Assembly (NCBI GenBank): GCA_963813075.1
Contig: CAWEXU010000030.1
Location: 352,001-416,000 of the forward strand
DNA from: Methanotrichaceae archaeon
Lineage (GTDB): Archaea > Halobacteriota > Methanosarcinia > Methanotrichales > Methanotrichaceae
DNA length: 64,000 bases
Direction of reading: 5' to 3'
Notes under the pieces: generated by a model
What the model saw: the letters and a program-made list of their open reading frames with translations, nothing else
Databases searched by the model: none
What the model was told of the DNA's origin: nothing
Part shown: positions 52,609 to 63,744 of the stretch, piece by piece
Position numbering within the stretch: position 1 is the stretch's first letter
Layout of the letters: every line of letters begins with the position of its first letter
Translations under genes and position numbers: made by a program

Positions 52609-54260
52609 CTATTCTTCAGGCATGATGATTTTAGCCTTGACTCCTACTTGGTCAAGCAAGTAGAGCAGCCCGCCACCATCAATTAGTTCAAGAGGCTTAT
52701 CCTTTGCGAATTCATATGCATCAGGACCGTACCCGCTGGTTGTCACAATAATACCCTTGCTCGCCCCTTCATTCATCATTGTGCCATATAGATCACGCAC
52801 TGCAGAAACACCCACGGTATTTTTATATCTCTTGGCTTGAATTACCACTTTGCCGCCAAGGATAGGGCGAATGTCAAATGCTACTGCATCTACTCCACCA
52901 TCTTTTGATGCGCGGGTCAGCTTACTCTCTAGCCCCATCTTACCAAATAGATTACTTGTCAGATTTTCAAATTCACCGTAGGTTAAATCCATCAGGTTTG
53001 GCCTTGAATCAATGCCGCTTAAAACATCACCTTGTTCGATAAAGCGCTTATCAACCATATCAAATTCGACAACAGGCTTTACAGGCAATTGCTCATCAGG
53101 ACGAGATGACACCTGTGCACCAAGATTACGTAGACATACCAGCTTATCAATCCGACTTAGATTTAATTCATTAAAGCTATCTTTCGTTGTTCTTACAGAA
53201 ATTAAGCAGGGGTGAGCGTCTTTTCCAGTTGCTGGATCAGTCGTTGTGACAAAACCGTTAAACGTGACAACCTGGATGTGATTGCCTTGATCAGCTTCCA
53301 AAATTTCATGGATGGTACGAATGGTAATTGCAGCTACAATATCTTGATACAATGCTTTCATTTCGCTTGGCTTTCTGGCTTTTCCACAACATCGTCTTTT
53401 GATTTGTTGTATTTGTATTCTGCTACATTAGGGATAACATCGATCCACGGTAACTCGTATTCGACTACCATCTCTTTTGATTCCGGCGCATAAGCCAGTC
53501 GGAAACTCTTTGTAAATCCTTCAGGGTATTCAGAGCGTTCAAGTACCATTGTCGTATAGGTCTTTATGGCAGATGGATCTCCAGATTTATATGCAGCCTC
53601 TAGCTCACTTACTTCTTGATCGCGTTGCTGCACCTTTCTCAAAAATGCTTCGTGATTGCTATCGTATTCTGTTTTTAATTGCTCAAGTTTAGACTTCTTC
53701 TCGCATTCAAGTGCGTCATATGCTTTGACTGCATTATCATATTCAGCTTCTGCTGCTTGAGTTTCACGCTGATGTCGGCCTTTCATGCCCAAAGCGTTTT
53801 CAAGGAATCCCATTGATTTAACATTCTTCAAATAATCTTGCTTATCTGGGCGAGGAACTACCATTATTAATTCTTGCGGCGGTGTAAAAGGCGGAAATTC
53901 GTCTTTCACTCTCAAGGAGTCGAATTCAATAGTATCATCAATGTCGAGTGTATGTTCTAAGATTTTGCTTAGCTCTAAAATATAATTAGCATTTGCTTCA
54001 TTTTTCTCTTCAGTTTCTTCGATTCGGCCAGCAACATATTGCTGCTTAGCTTCTTTCTCCAGTTGCTTTCTTTCCTTCTCTGATTGGGCCATCTGGCGTC
54101 TTGCCGCTATCTCAGCTTGTTTCCTTTGCCGTTCTGCTGCCTTGAGCTGAGCTGCTTGTGCTTTTAATAGTCTTTTGCGATTGGTTTCTGCTTCACGACT
54201 AGCCCGAGCCGCCTCACGAGCAACGGCTTTCATCCAATTTGAGGTGAAACTTTTAGCCAT
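52609..54260 (-). CDS. Mrr-family restriction endonuclease with coiled-coil N-terminus (frameshift near 53370)
   Basis: EFE, DGGVD, IQAKRY, VGV.AVR.L.G and LIDG motifs; one extra base joins the two ORFs (KPRKPSEMKALY). Confidence 0.85.
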
Positions 54261-54485
54261 AACTATAGCCCATCCGTCAGTCTATATGAGTTTCTGAGCA
54301 TATCAACGGATTTTCCTCTACGAAATGATGGTGAGATCTATCACACGAAAAAGCTTTCGATATAAATATGAGAATTTTCTCGTATTAACGCTCGCGAGCA
54401 AGACACAACATCTCACATAATTTGACTACTACTTGTGGGGCCGGCTAAAAATATCTAGACTCACCATTCATTCAATAAATAGTCT

Positions 54486-54857
54486 TTATGGAGCTCCAAT
54501 TGGGACTCCTACTATCTGTTCAAATGAAGCCGCGAAGATGATAAATCCTATAATTGTTGTTATGGCCCCCATAGCAGATACCGTGTAATAGATTATGCTC
54601 AAGTAACCTCTCCTATTCTCGCGTTTCCAGTGGTCATTAATGAAAGTAATCCCAAACATAATGAATAATCCAGCAACGACTCTCGCCTCAGGCCCGAGAT
54701 CTCTTACCTGCGACATGATTCCTATCCAGAAAATAGTGATCCATGCCAAAACTATCATTATTAGCTTAAATACTTCAATAACTGCAGTTACAGATTGTGA
54801 AGGAGCTTTGCTCGAATCCGGATCAGAAGATTCTTCCACGATATTCTCATTTGACAT
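54486..54857 (-). CDS. hypothetical membrane protein
   Basis: three TM segments, directly after the tRNA. Confidence 0.55.
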   Translation of the reverse strand: MSNENIVEESSDPDSSKAPSQSVTAVIEVFKLIMIVLAWITIFWIGIMSQVRDLGPEARVVAGLFIMFGITFINDHWKRENRRGYLSIIYYTVSAMGAITTIIGFIIFAASFEQIVGVPIGAP

Positions 54858-54872
54858 GTCTTATAATATCTA

Positions 54873-54955
54873 TGCGGGGGACGGGAGTCGAACCCGCGAA
54901 CACCTTCGTGACAGGGTCCTAAGCCCTGCGCCTTTAACCACTTGGCAACCCCCGC
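54873..54955 (-). tRNA. tRNA-Leu(TAG)
   Basis: GCGGGGG acceptor stem, CAGGG-CTTAGGA-CCCTG anticodon arm, long variable arm, GGTTCGACTCC T-loop. Confidence 0.96.
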
Positions 54956-55197
54956 GCTTGCTATCGACTTTCTGATAATCTCGCCCTTGGTAGTACGGGA
55001 CTTGGCCTTCATTGCTTCGCGGTGGATAAAAACATATCGAAGCCAATGGATTATGGGGCTCTTCGCTATAATTGCGCGGGTAGTGTACTGCAGAAAATAT
55101 TCCTTTGTGCCTTCGTGCCTTTGTGGTGAGGCCTGAGCATCCCGATTTCACCCGAGACAAATAGGCACAAAGAAAAGAAAATAGGGCTCAACGCTAT

Positions 55198-55657
55198 CTA
55201 TCCTTCTGCGATCCCTTCAGGCCCGCCGCCCTTGCGCGCCCTCCTGGCCGCCGCTATCAGCTCTCTCATCTCCCCGGGGGAGAGATCGTGCCTGTGCTTC
55301 TGATCATCCCACTCCCGCCGGAAGGGATAAAAGTACTCATAAAGCTCCAGAATATCCCGGGACCAGAGAACCAATACCCTCTTCTATCACTGCCATCTTG
55401 ATATGCAGCGGCAGGATCTCGAAGATTCTCAGGTCGTACTTCTCGGAACGAAGATGGGAGACGAACTCCCTCCACAGCCCTGCCCTATCCTCTGCCTCCG
55501 GGGCCACCAGGCAGAGGTCTATGTCGCTATCCGGCCCGGCATCGCCCCGCGCCCAGGAGCCGTAGAGCAGCACTCCTAAAACCCTCTTCTCCCAGGAGGG
55601 CTCTGCCAGAAACTGCAGCTCTTTTCCTAGCCGTTCGCTAACGACCTCTCCAGCCAT
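55198..55657 (-). CDS. MNT-type nucleotidyltransferase antitoxin (frameshift near 55370)
   Basis: LYGSWARG....SDIDL; C-terminus LYEYFY.FRR.W.DQ lies in the adjacent frame. Confidence 0.8.
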
Positions 55658-56067
55658 CCCTCCACCTCCTCTCCGAAGGCGACAATCCCGCCCTCCAGAT
55701 CCTTCATGCTCTGCATGGCTACAAGATCGTCTCTCCGATTGTACCTGTGGACCAGATGGTTGCGAAGGCCATTGGCCTCGATGAGAACCTCTCGGGACTG
55801 GGCGGAAAGAGCAGCGAGCCTTTCCAGGTTGCTGTAATCATCCTGAGATGTTATGCCCAGATCCTTGCACATCATCGCCACCAGATCCAGGCTGGCCTCT
55901 ACTGCCTCCTGAAAGGCTTTGTAGACTGCGAGCTTGGTCTTGTCGTCCTCTAAAAAATCGTCCTCGGAGACCTCCGCCAGCCACTCCTGCACCTGTCCCG
56001 CTCTCTTAAAAACCATATCCAGCTTATCTTTGTACCGGCAGGCTCTTTTTGCAGTGATGTGGATCAT
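55627..56067 (-). CDS. HEPN (DUF86/HepT-like) ribonuclease toxin
   Basis: NGLRNHLVHRY R-x4-H motif, paired with MNT. Confidence 0.85.
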   Translation of the reverse strand: MIHITAKRACRYKDKLDMVFKRAGQVQEWLAEVSEDDFLEDDKTKLAVYKAFQEAVEASLDLVAMMCKDLGITSQDDYSNLERLAALSAQSREVLIEANGLRNHLVHRYNRRDDLVAMQSMKDLEGGIVAFGEEVEGWLERSLANG

Positions 56068-56075
56068 GGAACACC

Positions 56076-57000
56076 TCACTTCTCGCACTGCTTCTCTCCC
56101 ATCAGCCAGGCCATCACTGCTTTGCTGGTGTGCATCCGGTTCTCCGCCTCATCGAATACCCGGGACCTGGGCCCGTCCATCACCTCATCGGTGATCTCCT
56201 GCCCCCGGTGGGCGGGCAGACAGTGCAGGGCAATAGCCCCCTCCGCCGCAGCGGCCATGAGTTCGGAGTTGATCTGATACCGTCCGAATACCCGCAGGCG
56301 CTCCGCCTCCTCCGCCTCATCCCCCATGGAGACCCAGGTGTCGGTGACCAAAACGTCCGCACCTCCGGCCGCCTCCTCCGGCTCCTCGACCACCCGCGGG
56401 CTTCCCCCCAGGGCGCGGGCCTCTTCCAGTATCGCAGGCCTGGGCTGGTACCCTGGCGGGGAGGCCACAGTGATCTCCATCCCCAGGATGGCCGAGGCCA
56501 GGATCAGGGAGTTGCAGACGTTGTTCCCATCCCCAACCCAGCCGATCCGCAGGCCATCCAGAGCCTGAAAGTTCTGGCGAATGGTCTGCAGGTCCGCCAA
56601 TATCTGCAGCGGATGCTCCCAGTCGGAGAGGGCATTGACTACGGGACACGGACGCATGCTCCGCCAGCTGGAGCACAGTGCCGTGAGAGTGGACCCGGGC
56701 GGTGATGCCATGCACATATCGGGAGAGAACTCGGGCCGTATCGGCAATGGTCTCCCCCCGGCCCAGCTGCAATTCGTTTGCCGATAGGTATAGCGGATGG
56801 CCGCCCAGCTCCCAGGCTGCCACCTCCAGGCTGACCCGGGTCCTGGTGGAGGGCTTCTCGAAGATCATGGCCAGGCTCTTTCCCTCCAGCGGCTGGCCGT
56901 GCTGGCCGCGCCTGGCCCGGAAGGCCTCAGCGCTCTGGATCAGCTGCAGAATATCCTCTCGGGAGAGGTCGGCTATGGAGATGAGATTCATGCTCTGCAC
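56076..57000 (-). CDS. argF: ornithine carbamoyltransferase (frameshift near 56650)
   Basis: STRTRVS, HPLQ, GDGNNV, WVSMG and HCLP motifs. Confidence 0.93.
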
Positions 57001-57007
57001 CTCACTC

Positions 57008-57395
57008 TTACTCTTTTATCCTCTGCACAATCTCGGACAGTGCAGTCACATTATCCTGAGAGGGTGTGACCGTGGCTGATATACCTTTGAACCCCAGGGC
57101 ACCGTGCCTGCACGGCTCGTCGTCCTCCAGCTGATGGGACCACGGGCTTTCGATCATGAACGCCACGCCCGGATGAGCCTTATCCCCAGACGCCCTGGCC
57201 ACGAGCACCAACTTGCCTCATCTCATTCTCCACGGAAACCCGCGCCCCGTCCTTCACCCCCAGATTTGCCAGGTCCTCCTTGTCCATGAGGATCTGGGCG
57301 CTGAGCTGAAGGCACTCATCGGAGTGCATCCCTTTCCTTTCCGCCTCATACTGGAAGATATCCTCGTAGGTGGCGATCTTAACTTCCACTGCCAT
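57008..57395 (-). CDS. FwdD-like molybdopterin-dinucleotide-binding subunit (frameshifted)
   Basis: M..EDL..LGVKDG.RV.V.N...VV.A...G.AF...SPW; follows the fwdB-like gene. Confidence 0.7.
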
Positions 57396-58646
57396 TTACA
57401 TCGCCTCCATAATCCTGGTCAGAATCTGCTCTTCTGCCAGCCTTTCCGTCTTCATAAATGGCTCTAAGCTCACCTTCATCCCGTCCGTTCGGATGGCCGT
57501 CCCCCCGGCCTCCAGGCCGGAGATGGCGGACGGTATGACCACTAAAGCAGCATCGGAGGTGATAGACCGGCACGAATCTATGGCGATGATGGGCACCTTG
57601 GCCAGAGCCCTGGCCACGCCCACGGGCAGCTCTGCCAGCGGGTCAGAGCCTAAGGCCAGGAGGGCATCAGCCCTCTTCGCCGCCCCGGCGAGGGTGTCCT
57701 CCGAGCGGTGAAGAACCTCCCCTTTGTCATGCTGAAATGACACCCCCTTAACATATCCCGTCCGGTCAAGCAATAGCTGGTTGAACCCGCGGGTGTTGAA
57801 CCCTCCTGCCACTGGAATGGCCTTGAAGGTGGTGACCTCATTCAGCCGGGCCATTAAATCAGAGAATAGCTCCATCTTGCCCTGCAGGGACTGGAGCATA
57901 CTCCTGCCGGGGAAGATCACCCCGTACTCAGTCTTCTTAAGAATGCTCCCCAGCTCGATCATCTTCTTCTTGTCCCCGAACTTGGGAATCTTCCCCTCCA
58001 GCACATTCAGCATCGCCTCCAAAAACTGGAGATCCTCACCCGGACCGATCCGGTAGGTGGTGTCGGGACAGAGTTTGGCAGTGGGAGATTCCCTCACATC
58101 CACCACGATGCAGGTCCTCTCCTCCTCGTAGCTCTTCTGCCTCTTCTCGCCCCTGGGGAAATAGGAGAACCGGGACAGATGGCGGGGCTGGCTGCTGGAG
58201 GGGTCTGAACCCCAGAATATGGACGTGTCGGCATAGTTGCGCACGTCGTCTAAAGTGCAGCTGGGAACCTTTCCCGCCAGGACCATTTCCATGAAGATGC
58301 CCTCGCAATAGGTTGAGGGATCATCAACAGCAGCGCCAATCCTCTCCGCCAGATCCATTCCCGCCGCCTGAGCCTCGGAAGAGGAGTTTGACCAGCCGTA
58401 AATCAGGGGTGACTTGGCATCCTTCAAAATCTCTGCCGCTCGGGCGATGGCCTGGTCCAGGGAGACATCCCGGCCCTCGATCATGGGCTTAGTCCTTTCG
58501 GCAAATAGGCTCTGGTAATGGGCCTGCCCCTTTCGGCAGATGTTTCTTGCCTGGGGGACAGCTTCCTTATCCGGGTAAAGGATATCCTCGCAGATGAGCG
58601 CGCAGCCTGTGCAGCTCTTGTAGTTGTAGTCGGTCATACAAATCAC
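57396..58646 (-). CDS. fwdB: formylmethanofuran dehydrogenase subunit B-like protein
   Basis: C.GC...C.DI, C.KG, PLIYGW, CTL..V.N.AD...WG.DP....PRH.SR and GTA.R.DG motifs. Confidence 0.85.
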   Translation of the reverse strand: MICMTDYNYKSCTGCALICEDILYPDKEAVPQARNICRKGQAHYQSLFAERTKPMIEGRDVSLDQAIARAAEILKDAKSPLIYGWSNSSSEAQAAGMDLAERIGAAVDDPSTYCEGIFMEMVLAGKVPSCTLDDVRNYADTSIFWGSDPSSSQPRHLSRFSYFPRGEKRQKSYEEERTCIVVDVRESPTAKLCPDTTYRIGPGEDLQFLEAMLNVLEGKIPKFGDKKKMIELGSILKKTEYGVIFPGRSMLQSLQGKMELFSDLMARLNEVTTFKAIPVAGGFNTRGFNQLLLDRTGYVKGVSFQHDKGEVLHRSEDTLAGAAKRADALLALGSDPLAELPVGVARALAKVPIIAIDSCRSITSDAALVVIPSAISGLEAGGTAIRTDGMKVSLEPFMKTERLAEEQILTRIMEAM

Positions 58647-58647
58647 C

Positions 58648-59109
58648 TCAGACGAACTCTATGGCCTTGCTCGGGCAGGTGGCAGTACAGGCATTGCAGA
58701 GAATTTTATTGGGCCCGAATCGGCGGCACTCCTCAAGATTGAAGGCCTTCACCACGCCATCCTCCACCCGCAAGATGACCTTCTCGCTCTCCGGACCGAG
58801 GCCCGCGCCGCACCTGGTGGGCTCAGCCGCCACATTGACCGGACAGGCGATAACGCAGTTGCCGCAGCCAAAACACTTCTCCGGATGAATGACCAGGCCG
58901 GTATCCGAGGCGCTCTCCAGCGGAGCCACAATCTCCCTCAGCTTGGCGAGCTTGGCCTCGTACTTCTTCTCTTCAATTAGTGGAGTGCACTCATCCAGCT
59001 TCTTCTCCCGGCCCAGAAGGCCCACGGCAAAAGCCATGCAGGTGGGAAGCCCGCACTTCTTGCAGTTGGTCTTGGGCAATAGCATATAAAGTTCCATGGC
59101 GCTGACCAT
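58648..59109 (-). CDS. Fe-S protein (Fe-S-binding domain plus 2x4Fe-4S, FwdG-like)
   Basis: LPKTNCKKCG.PTC.AFA, C.GCGNC...CP and C.AC...CP motifs. Confidence 0.85.
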   Translation of the reverse strand: MVSAMELYMLLPKTNCKKCGLPTCMAFAVGLLGREKKLDECTPLIEEKKYEAKLAKLREIVAPLESASDTGLVIHPEKCFGCGNCVIACPVNVAAEPTRCGAGLGPESEKVILRVEDGVVKAFNLEECRRFGPNKILCNACTATCPSKAIEFV

Positions 59110-59213
59110 AACCAGATACCTCAGTTTGGGATGGATACAATAGTTGCCTCAATCTCGATCATATTTATTGCCTGCGCAAAGCTTTTCATACTTCTTCAGG
59201 AATTGTCTTTTCA

Positions 59214-60956
59214 ATGCCCTTCAGCAACCCCACCGCCCTCCTGGGCCTCCTCGGAATAATACCTCTGGTGATAATCTACCTCATCCGGCCCCGGCCAAAG
59301 GAGGTCCGCTTCTCTTCCACCCTGTTTTTGCGTGAGGGGGAGGCGAAGCGCACCGCTGTGCTCAGCCGTCTGATAAGCGATCCCCTCTTCTGGGTGCAGC
59401 TTTTGGCCCTGTGCTCTCTCTCCCTGGCTGCCGCCGGGCCCTACATCGAAGAGCAGGGACCGGCAAGCAGCCACCTGGTGGTGGTTCTGGACGGCTCGGC
59501 CAGCATGCAGGCCTCATTTTCCGCTGCCCTGAATCTCATCGATCCAAACCTGGACCGCTATGAGAAAATCAGCATCATCCTGGCCAAGAACATGCCTGAA
59601 ACGGTCCTGGTCGAGGGCAGCCAGGCTGAGGCCCGCGATCTTCTATCGCAGCTTGAGCCGGCCGCAGTCTCCGCCGACCTCTCCAGCGCATTGACCCAGG
59701 CTGGCATACTCCTGGGCGGCAGCGGGGGAGATATCCTGCTGGCCTCGGACTTCGCCAGCTGGACGGGAGACGACCCCGATGTCACCCGCAGGCTCATCGA
59801 GGCCAGCGGCCGGGTGGGAATAGTCTTTGCCGACTCATACCAGGGAAAAGAGAACATCGCCCTGACCGAGGGCTGGAATGTGCCGGGAACGGGATACGTC
59901 AATCACACCGCTCTGGTCCACAACTACGGCCCGGCAAAGACGGTGCCCATCACCATCACCGGTCCGGGAGGCACTACCCGCCAGGCGGCCCAGATCCCTC
60001 AGGGCGGCGATTACTACCTATCCTTCACTGCTTATCCCGGAGTGAATCAGATCTCATTGGAGCTGGAGGACGCCATCTCCTGGGACAACCAGGCCTATGT
60101 ATATGTCCCCAGCCTGGCGAAGAAGAATGTCCTTTATCTGGGCGAGCCAGGGCCAGCGCTAAAAGCCCTCCAGTCCCTGCCCAATGTGGATGTGATGACC
60201 TCGGGCAGATACTCGGACTTCGATCTGATCGTCCTGGCAAAGAATGCCTCCGTGGACGGCGAGCTGAACCGCTACATCGACGGGGGCAGGGTGATCTATA
60301 TCTCTTCGGAGCTGAGCAATCCGGAGTACCTTCCGGCCAGGGTGACGGGAAAGCTATCCGGCCCGGCCAGCCTGTGGGTTAGAAATCCTGGGTTCGCTGA
60401 AGGCCTGCACTTCGATGAGATCGGAATTTATGCTTACCCGGAAGCTGCTCCTCGCCGGGGCTCCACCACCATAGTGGAGGCCAATGGGGTCCCCATCCTC
60501 TCCTACTGGCGGCTGGGCGAGGGAATTGTGGTCTATAACGGCCTGGAGATGGACTCGGACTTCTATCTGCGCCCCGAGTACCCCATATTCTGGTATCAGA
60601 TGGTCAACTGGATGACCGGAGTCCCCGATATTGAGGACTCCAACCGGAAGACCGGCGAAGTCATCGCTTTGGGTGAGCAGGGCCCCATCCAGGCCCCCGG
60701 AGGGAACCTCTTCGCCAGCACCGTAAGCTTAGACCAGGTGGGAGTCTATCGCTTCCTGGGTCGGGCAGTGGCGGCGAACATGTACAACCCCACCGAGTCC
60801 TCCCTTTTCCGCAGCCGGGACTTTGAGGGGGGAGAGTTTTTGGGAGAGGTCGGCAATGCCACCGTAAAGAAGGACCTATCCCTCTGGGTGATAGCCCTGG
60901 CCGCCCTGGCCATCATCCTGGAGCTTTTAATCATGCGCTGGAGGAGAGAGACATGA
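59214..60956 (+). CDS. BatA/vWA-domain membrane protein
   Basis: F.NP..L...P..I.YL.RP, SSTLFL, LDGSASM MIDAS motif, C-terminal TM. Confidence 0.85.
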   Translation: MPFSNPTALLGLLGIIPLVIIYLIRPRPKEVRFSSTLFLREGEAKRTAVLSRLISDPLFWVQLLALCSLSLAAAGPYIEEQGPASSHLVVVLDGSASMQASFSAALNLIDPNLDRYEKISIILAKNMPETVLVEGSQAEARDLLSQLEPAAVSADLSSALTQAGILLGGSGGDILLASDFASWTGDDPDVTRRLIEASGRVGIVFADSYQGKENIALTEGWNVPGTGYVNHTALVHNYGPAKTVPITITGPGGTTRQAAQIPQGGDYYLSFTAYPGVNQISLELEDAISWDNQAYVYVPSLAKKNVLYLGEPGPALKALQSLPNVDVMTSGRYSDFDLIVLAKNASVDGELNRYIDGGRVIYISSELSNPEYLPARVTGKLSGPASLWVRNPGFAEGLHFDEIGIYAYPEAAPRRGSTTIVEANGVPILSYWRLGEGIVVYNGLEMDSDFYLRPEYPIFWYQMVNWMTGVPDIEDSNRKTGEVIALGEQGPIQAPGGNLFASTVSLDQVGVYRFLGRAVAANMYNPTESSLFRSRDFEGGEFLGEVGNATVKKDLSLWVIALAALAIILELLIMRWRRET

Positions 60957-63313
60957 TTCAGGATCTTTATTTTGCCCGGCCGGAGCTTCTCTGGGCCCTG
61001 CCACCATTAGCCGTGCTGGGGCTGGTCTACATCCACCTCCGGGCCAAAAACAAGATATTAGCCCTCTCCAGGCTGCTGATATTCTGCCTGATACTGGCCG
61101 CGGCGGCCAATCCATACTTTGTCCAGACCCAGGTCGTCCAGTCGCAAAAGCCGAGCATCACCGTCCTGGACGATAAGACCGGCTCGATGGCGGTATTCGA
61201 TCCAGATGTGGCGGCCAGAGTTGCCGATCTGACAAGCGCCTCCATCCGCTCCTTCTCCGGCGACTCGACCCCTCTGGGGGACAGGATCCTCCAGCATGCT
61301 CTTCCCGGGAGCACCATCCTCCTGGTGACGGACGGCTACAGCAATAGCGGCCGATCGCTGGCGGACGCCCTGGCCCTGGCCAGAGCCTCCAATACCACGG
61401 TCTTCGCCCTCTCCTTCGATCCGGCCAGAGCAGATGCAGGTGTAGAGATATCCGGTGCCAACACCGCCGTTTTGGGAGGGGACTATCCTTTCCGGGTGAT
61501 GGTCAGGACCTCTCTGAACTACAGCGGCCCCTTATCCGTCTATGCTGATGAGAAGCAGATCTACAGCGACCAGATCCTGGCCAATGGGAGCGATTCCATC
61601 AAGATCTCTCACTCCTTCCTGGAGACGGGAAACCATATCCTGCGAGCGGAGATCGCCCCGGATATGCAGCCTATAAACGATGTCTATCTGAAGTCGATAT
61701 ATGTCGTTCCAAAGCCTGAGGTTCTCTTCCTCTCCCCGGCCGACTCCCCCCTTGCCCAGAACGCGAGAGAGCTCTACAAATTGACTGCGGTCTCCGAGCT
61801 CCCCTCCGATCTGCGGGGCTACAAGTCCATAATCATTGATGATGCTCAATATAGCGCAAGCCTCGACCGGCTGGAGGATTATGTGCGCGAGGGAGGTGGC
61901 CTGGTGGTGGTGGGGGGCAAGGATTCCTTTGATCTGGGAGAATACCGCAACTCCACTCTGGAGAAGTTCCTTCCAGTGCAGTCCTTCCCCAGTCGTTTTG
62001 AGGGGGGCAAGACCCTCATATTCGTCCTGGACATCTCCTTCAGCCTGCTTTCTACCCAAACCAAAGACGGCACCACATTGCTCGACTATGAAAAAGCCCT
62101 GGCAGTGGAGCTACTGAAGTCCCCGCAGTTCCAGGACTATAACGTGGGACTGGTGGTCTTTGGCACCCGGGCCTACAATGTGATCGATCCCGTTCCCCTC
62201 TCCCGGAGCCAGACCGTCCTCGCAGACAGGATCACCACTCTCGCCCCCACGGGAACGGAAAACAGCTACCTGGACTCGGGACTGGAGCTGGCGCATGATA
62301 TGATCCAGGCAAGCGGAGGCGAGGGGGAGATGATCGTCCTTTCGGACGGAAACCTGCAGAACTATGAGGAGGTGGTGGCCCGATCCAAAGAACTGATCCG
62401 GGAGATGAACATCACCACCAGGCTGATTCAGGTCCAGGCCTTCCCCGGCATGACCGGGAGCTTCCCGGATATCGCCAGCAACACTGGCTCTGAGTTCACC
62501 GCTTTTGTCTATCCTGACTCTCTGACCACCATCAGTGCCCCTCTATCTGAGGAGCCCAGCCTGCCGGAGAAAAACCTCTCCACCTATGCCCTGGCCGTGG
62601 TCAATAAGAATCACTATATCACCGCCGACTTGGAGATGAACGCCACTATTACCGGCTTTAATGATGCCACACCCAAACCAGGCTCTTTGAAGCTGGTGGC
62701 ACTGGCCGATGGCAAGCCCGTTCTCACTGTATGGCGCTACGGCCTGGGCAGGGTTGCCGCCCTCACCACGGACAACGGCAACGCCTGGGCCGGTCAGCTC
62801 TACAGCAGTCCCAGCTCTCAGTTGATCTCCTCCGCAGTCAACTGGGCGGTGGGAGACCCCCGGCCGGAGACGGACAGAGTGGAGGCAGAGGATGGCTGGC
62901 AGGACAGCCCCCTGCAGATCACCATTGCCAGCACCTCCCGGCCCAGCCTCCCGGAGGCAGAGGTGGAGAAGATCGGAGACAACAGATACCTGGCGACATT
63001 CACTCCCAACAGCACTGGCATCTATTATATTGGAGATTATGGTGTGGCGGTGAACTATCCTCTGGAGTACAGATATATCGGATTCAATCCGGAGCTTTCG
63101 GGGCTAATCATGGCCAATGGGGGCAAGGTCTTCACTGAGGAGGAGGCGGCAAGGAGTCTGATAGCGGAAGCGGCCCGGACCAGCCAGAGAACTGTGCAGG
63201 AGAGGACATCCAGAAGAGATGCTCTGCTACTTTTTGCTCTCTTGATATTCCTGCTGGAGATAGTATCAAGAAAGATCAATGAGATACGCCGGCAGGGGCG
63301 GACCAAGCGCTGA
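60953..63313 (+). CDS. vWA plus glutamine-amidotransferase-like membrane protein
   Basis: L..YV..GGGL.V.GG..SF, LDIS.S, LSDG and WRYGLGRV motifs. Confidence 0.8.
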   Translation: MIQDLYFARPELLWALPPLAVLGLVYIHLRAKNKILALSRLLIFCLILAAAANPYFVQTQVVQSQKPSITVLDDKTGSMAVFDPDVAARVADLTSASIRSFSGDSTPLGDRILQHALPGSTILLVTDGYSNSGRSLADALALARASNTTVFALSFDPARADAGVEISGANTAVLGGDYPFRVMVRTSLNYSGPLSVYADEKQIYSDQILANGSDSIKISHSFLETGNHILRAEIAPDMQPINDVYLKSIYVVPKPEVLFLSPADSPLAQNARELYKLTAVSELPSDLRGYKSIIIDDAQYSASLDRLEDYVREGGGLVVVGGKDSFDLGEYRNSTLEKFLPVQSFPSRFEGGKTLIFVLDISFSLLSTQTKDGTTLLDYEKALAVELLKSPQFQDYNVGLVVFGTRAYNVIDPVPLSRSQTVLADRITTLAPTGTENSYLDSGLELAHDMIQASGGEGEMIVLSDGNLQNYEEVVARSKELIREMNITTRLIQVQAFPGMTGSFPDIASNTGSEFTAFVYPDSLTTISAPLSEEPSLPEKNLSTYALAVVNKNHYITADLEMNATITGFNDATPKPGSLKLVALADGKPVLTVWRYGLGRVAALTTDNGNAWAGQLYSSPSSQLISSAVNWAVGDPRPETDRVEAEDGWQDSPLQITIASTSRPSLPEAEVEKIGDNRYLATFTPNSTGIYYIGDYGVAVNYPLEYRYIGFNPELSGLIMANGGKVFTEEEAARSLIAEAARTSQRTVQERTSRRDALLLFALLIFLLEIVSRKINEIRRQGRTKR

Positions 63314-63383
63314 TCCTCACCATCAGATTTTAATAGCATAATCCGCTTTATTCAGGTACATTTATGGAGGTAACTGTCACCAA

Positions 63384-63692
63384 ATGAGTTCTCAAATGTG
63401 TGCCGTCTGCGGCCTTCCCCAGGAGCTATGCATCTGCGAGGAGGTTGCCAAGGAGCAGCAAAGGATTGTAGTCAAAGTCCAAAAGCGCAGGTATGGTAAA
63501 GAGGTGACAGTTATTCAGGGCATTGATCCCCATGAGATCGATCTCCAAGAGCTGTGCACCCATCTGAAGTCCAAGCTGGCCTGCGGCGGGACGGTAAAGG
63601 ACAACCTGATCGAGCTTCAGGGCAACCATATCCAGAGGATAAAGGATATCCTGGTCAAGAAGGGATTCGGCGCAGATCAGATAAGCACCTGA
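63384..63692 (+). CDS. translation initiation factor SUI1/aIF1 homolog
   Basis: [28 protein letters not shown] and IELQG.H motifs. Confidence 0.95.
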   Translation: MSSQMCAVCGLPQELCICEEVAKEQQRIVVKVQKRRYGKEVTVIQGIDPHEIDLQELCTHLKSKLACGGTVKDNLIELQGNHIQRIKDILVKKGFGADQIST

Positions 63693-63744
63693 ATTTCATT
63701 ATCTTATTTTTATCGATCTGCAGCGAGATCCTGGTTGCTTATTG

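Noticed and set aside
54873..54900. attL/attR duplication of the tRNA 3' end or a provirus
   Set aside because: No second copy was seen by eye, and there are no integrase or virion genes.
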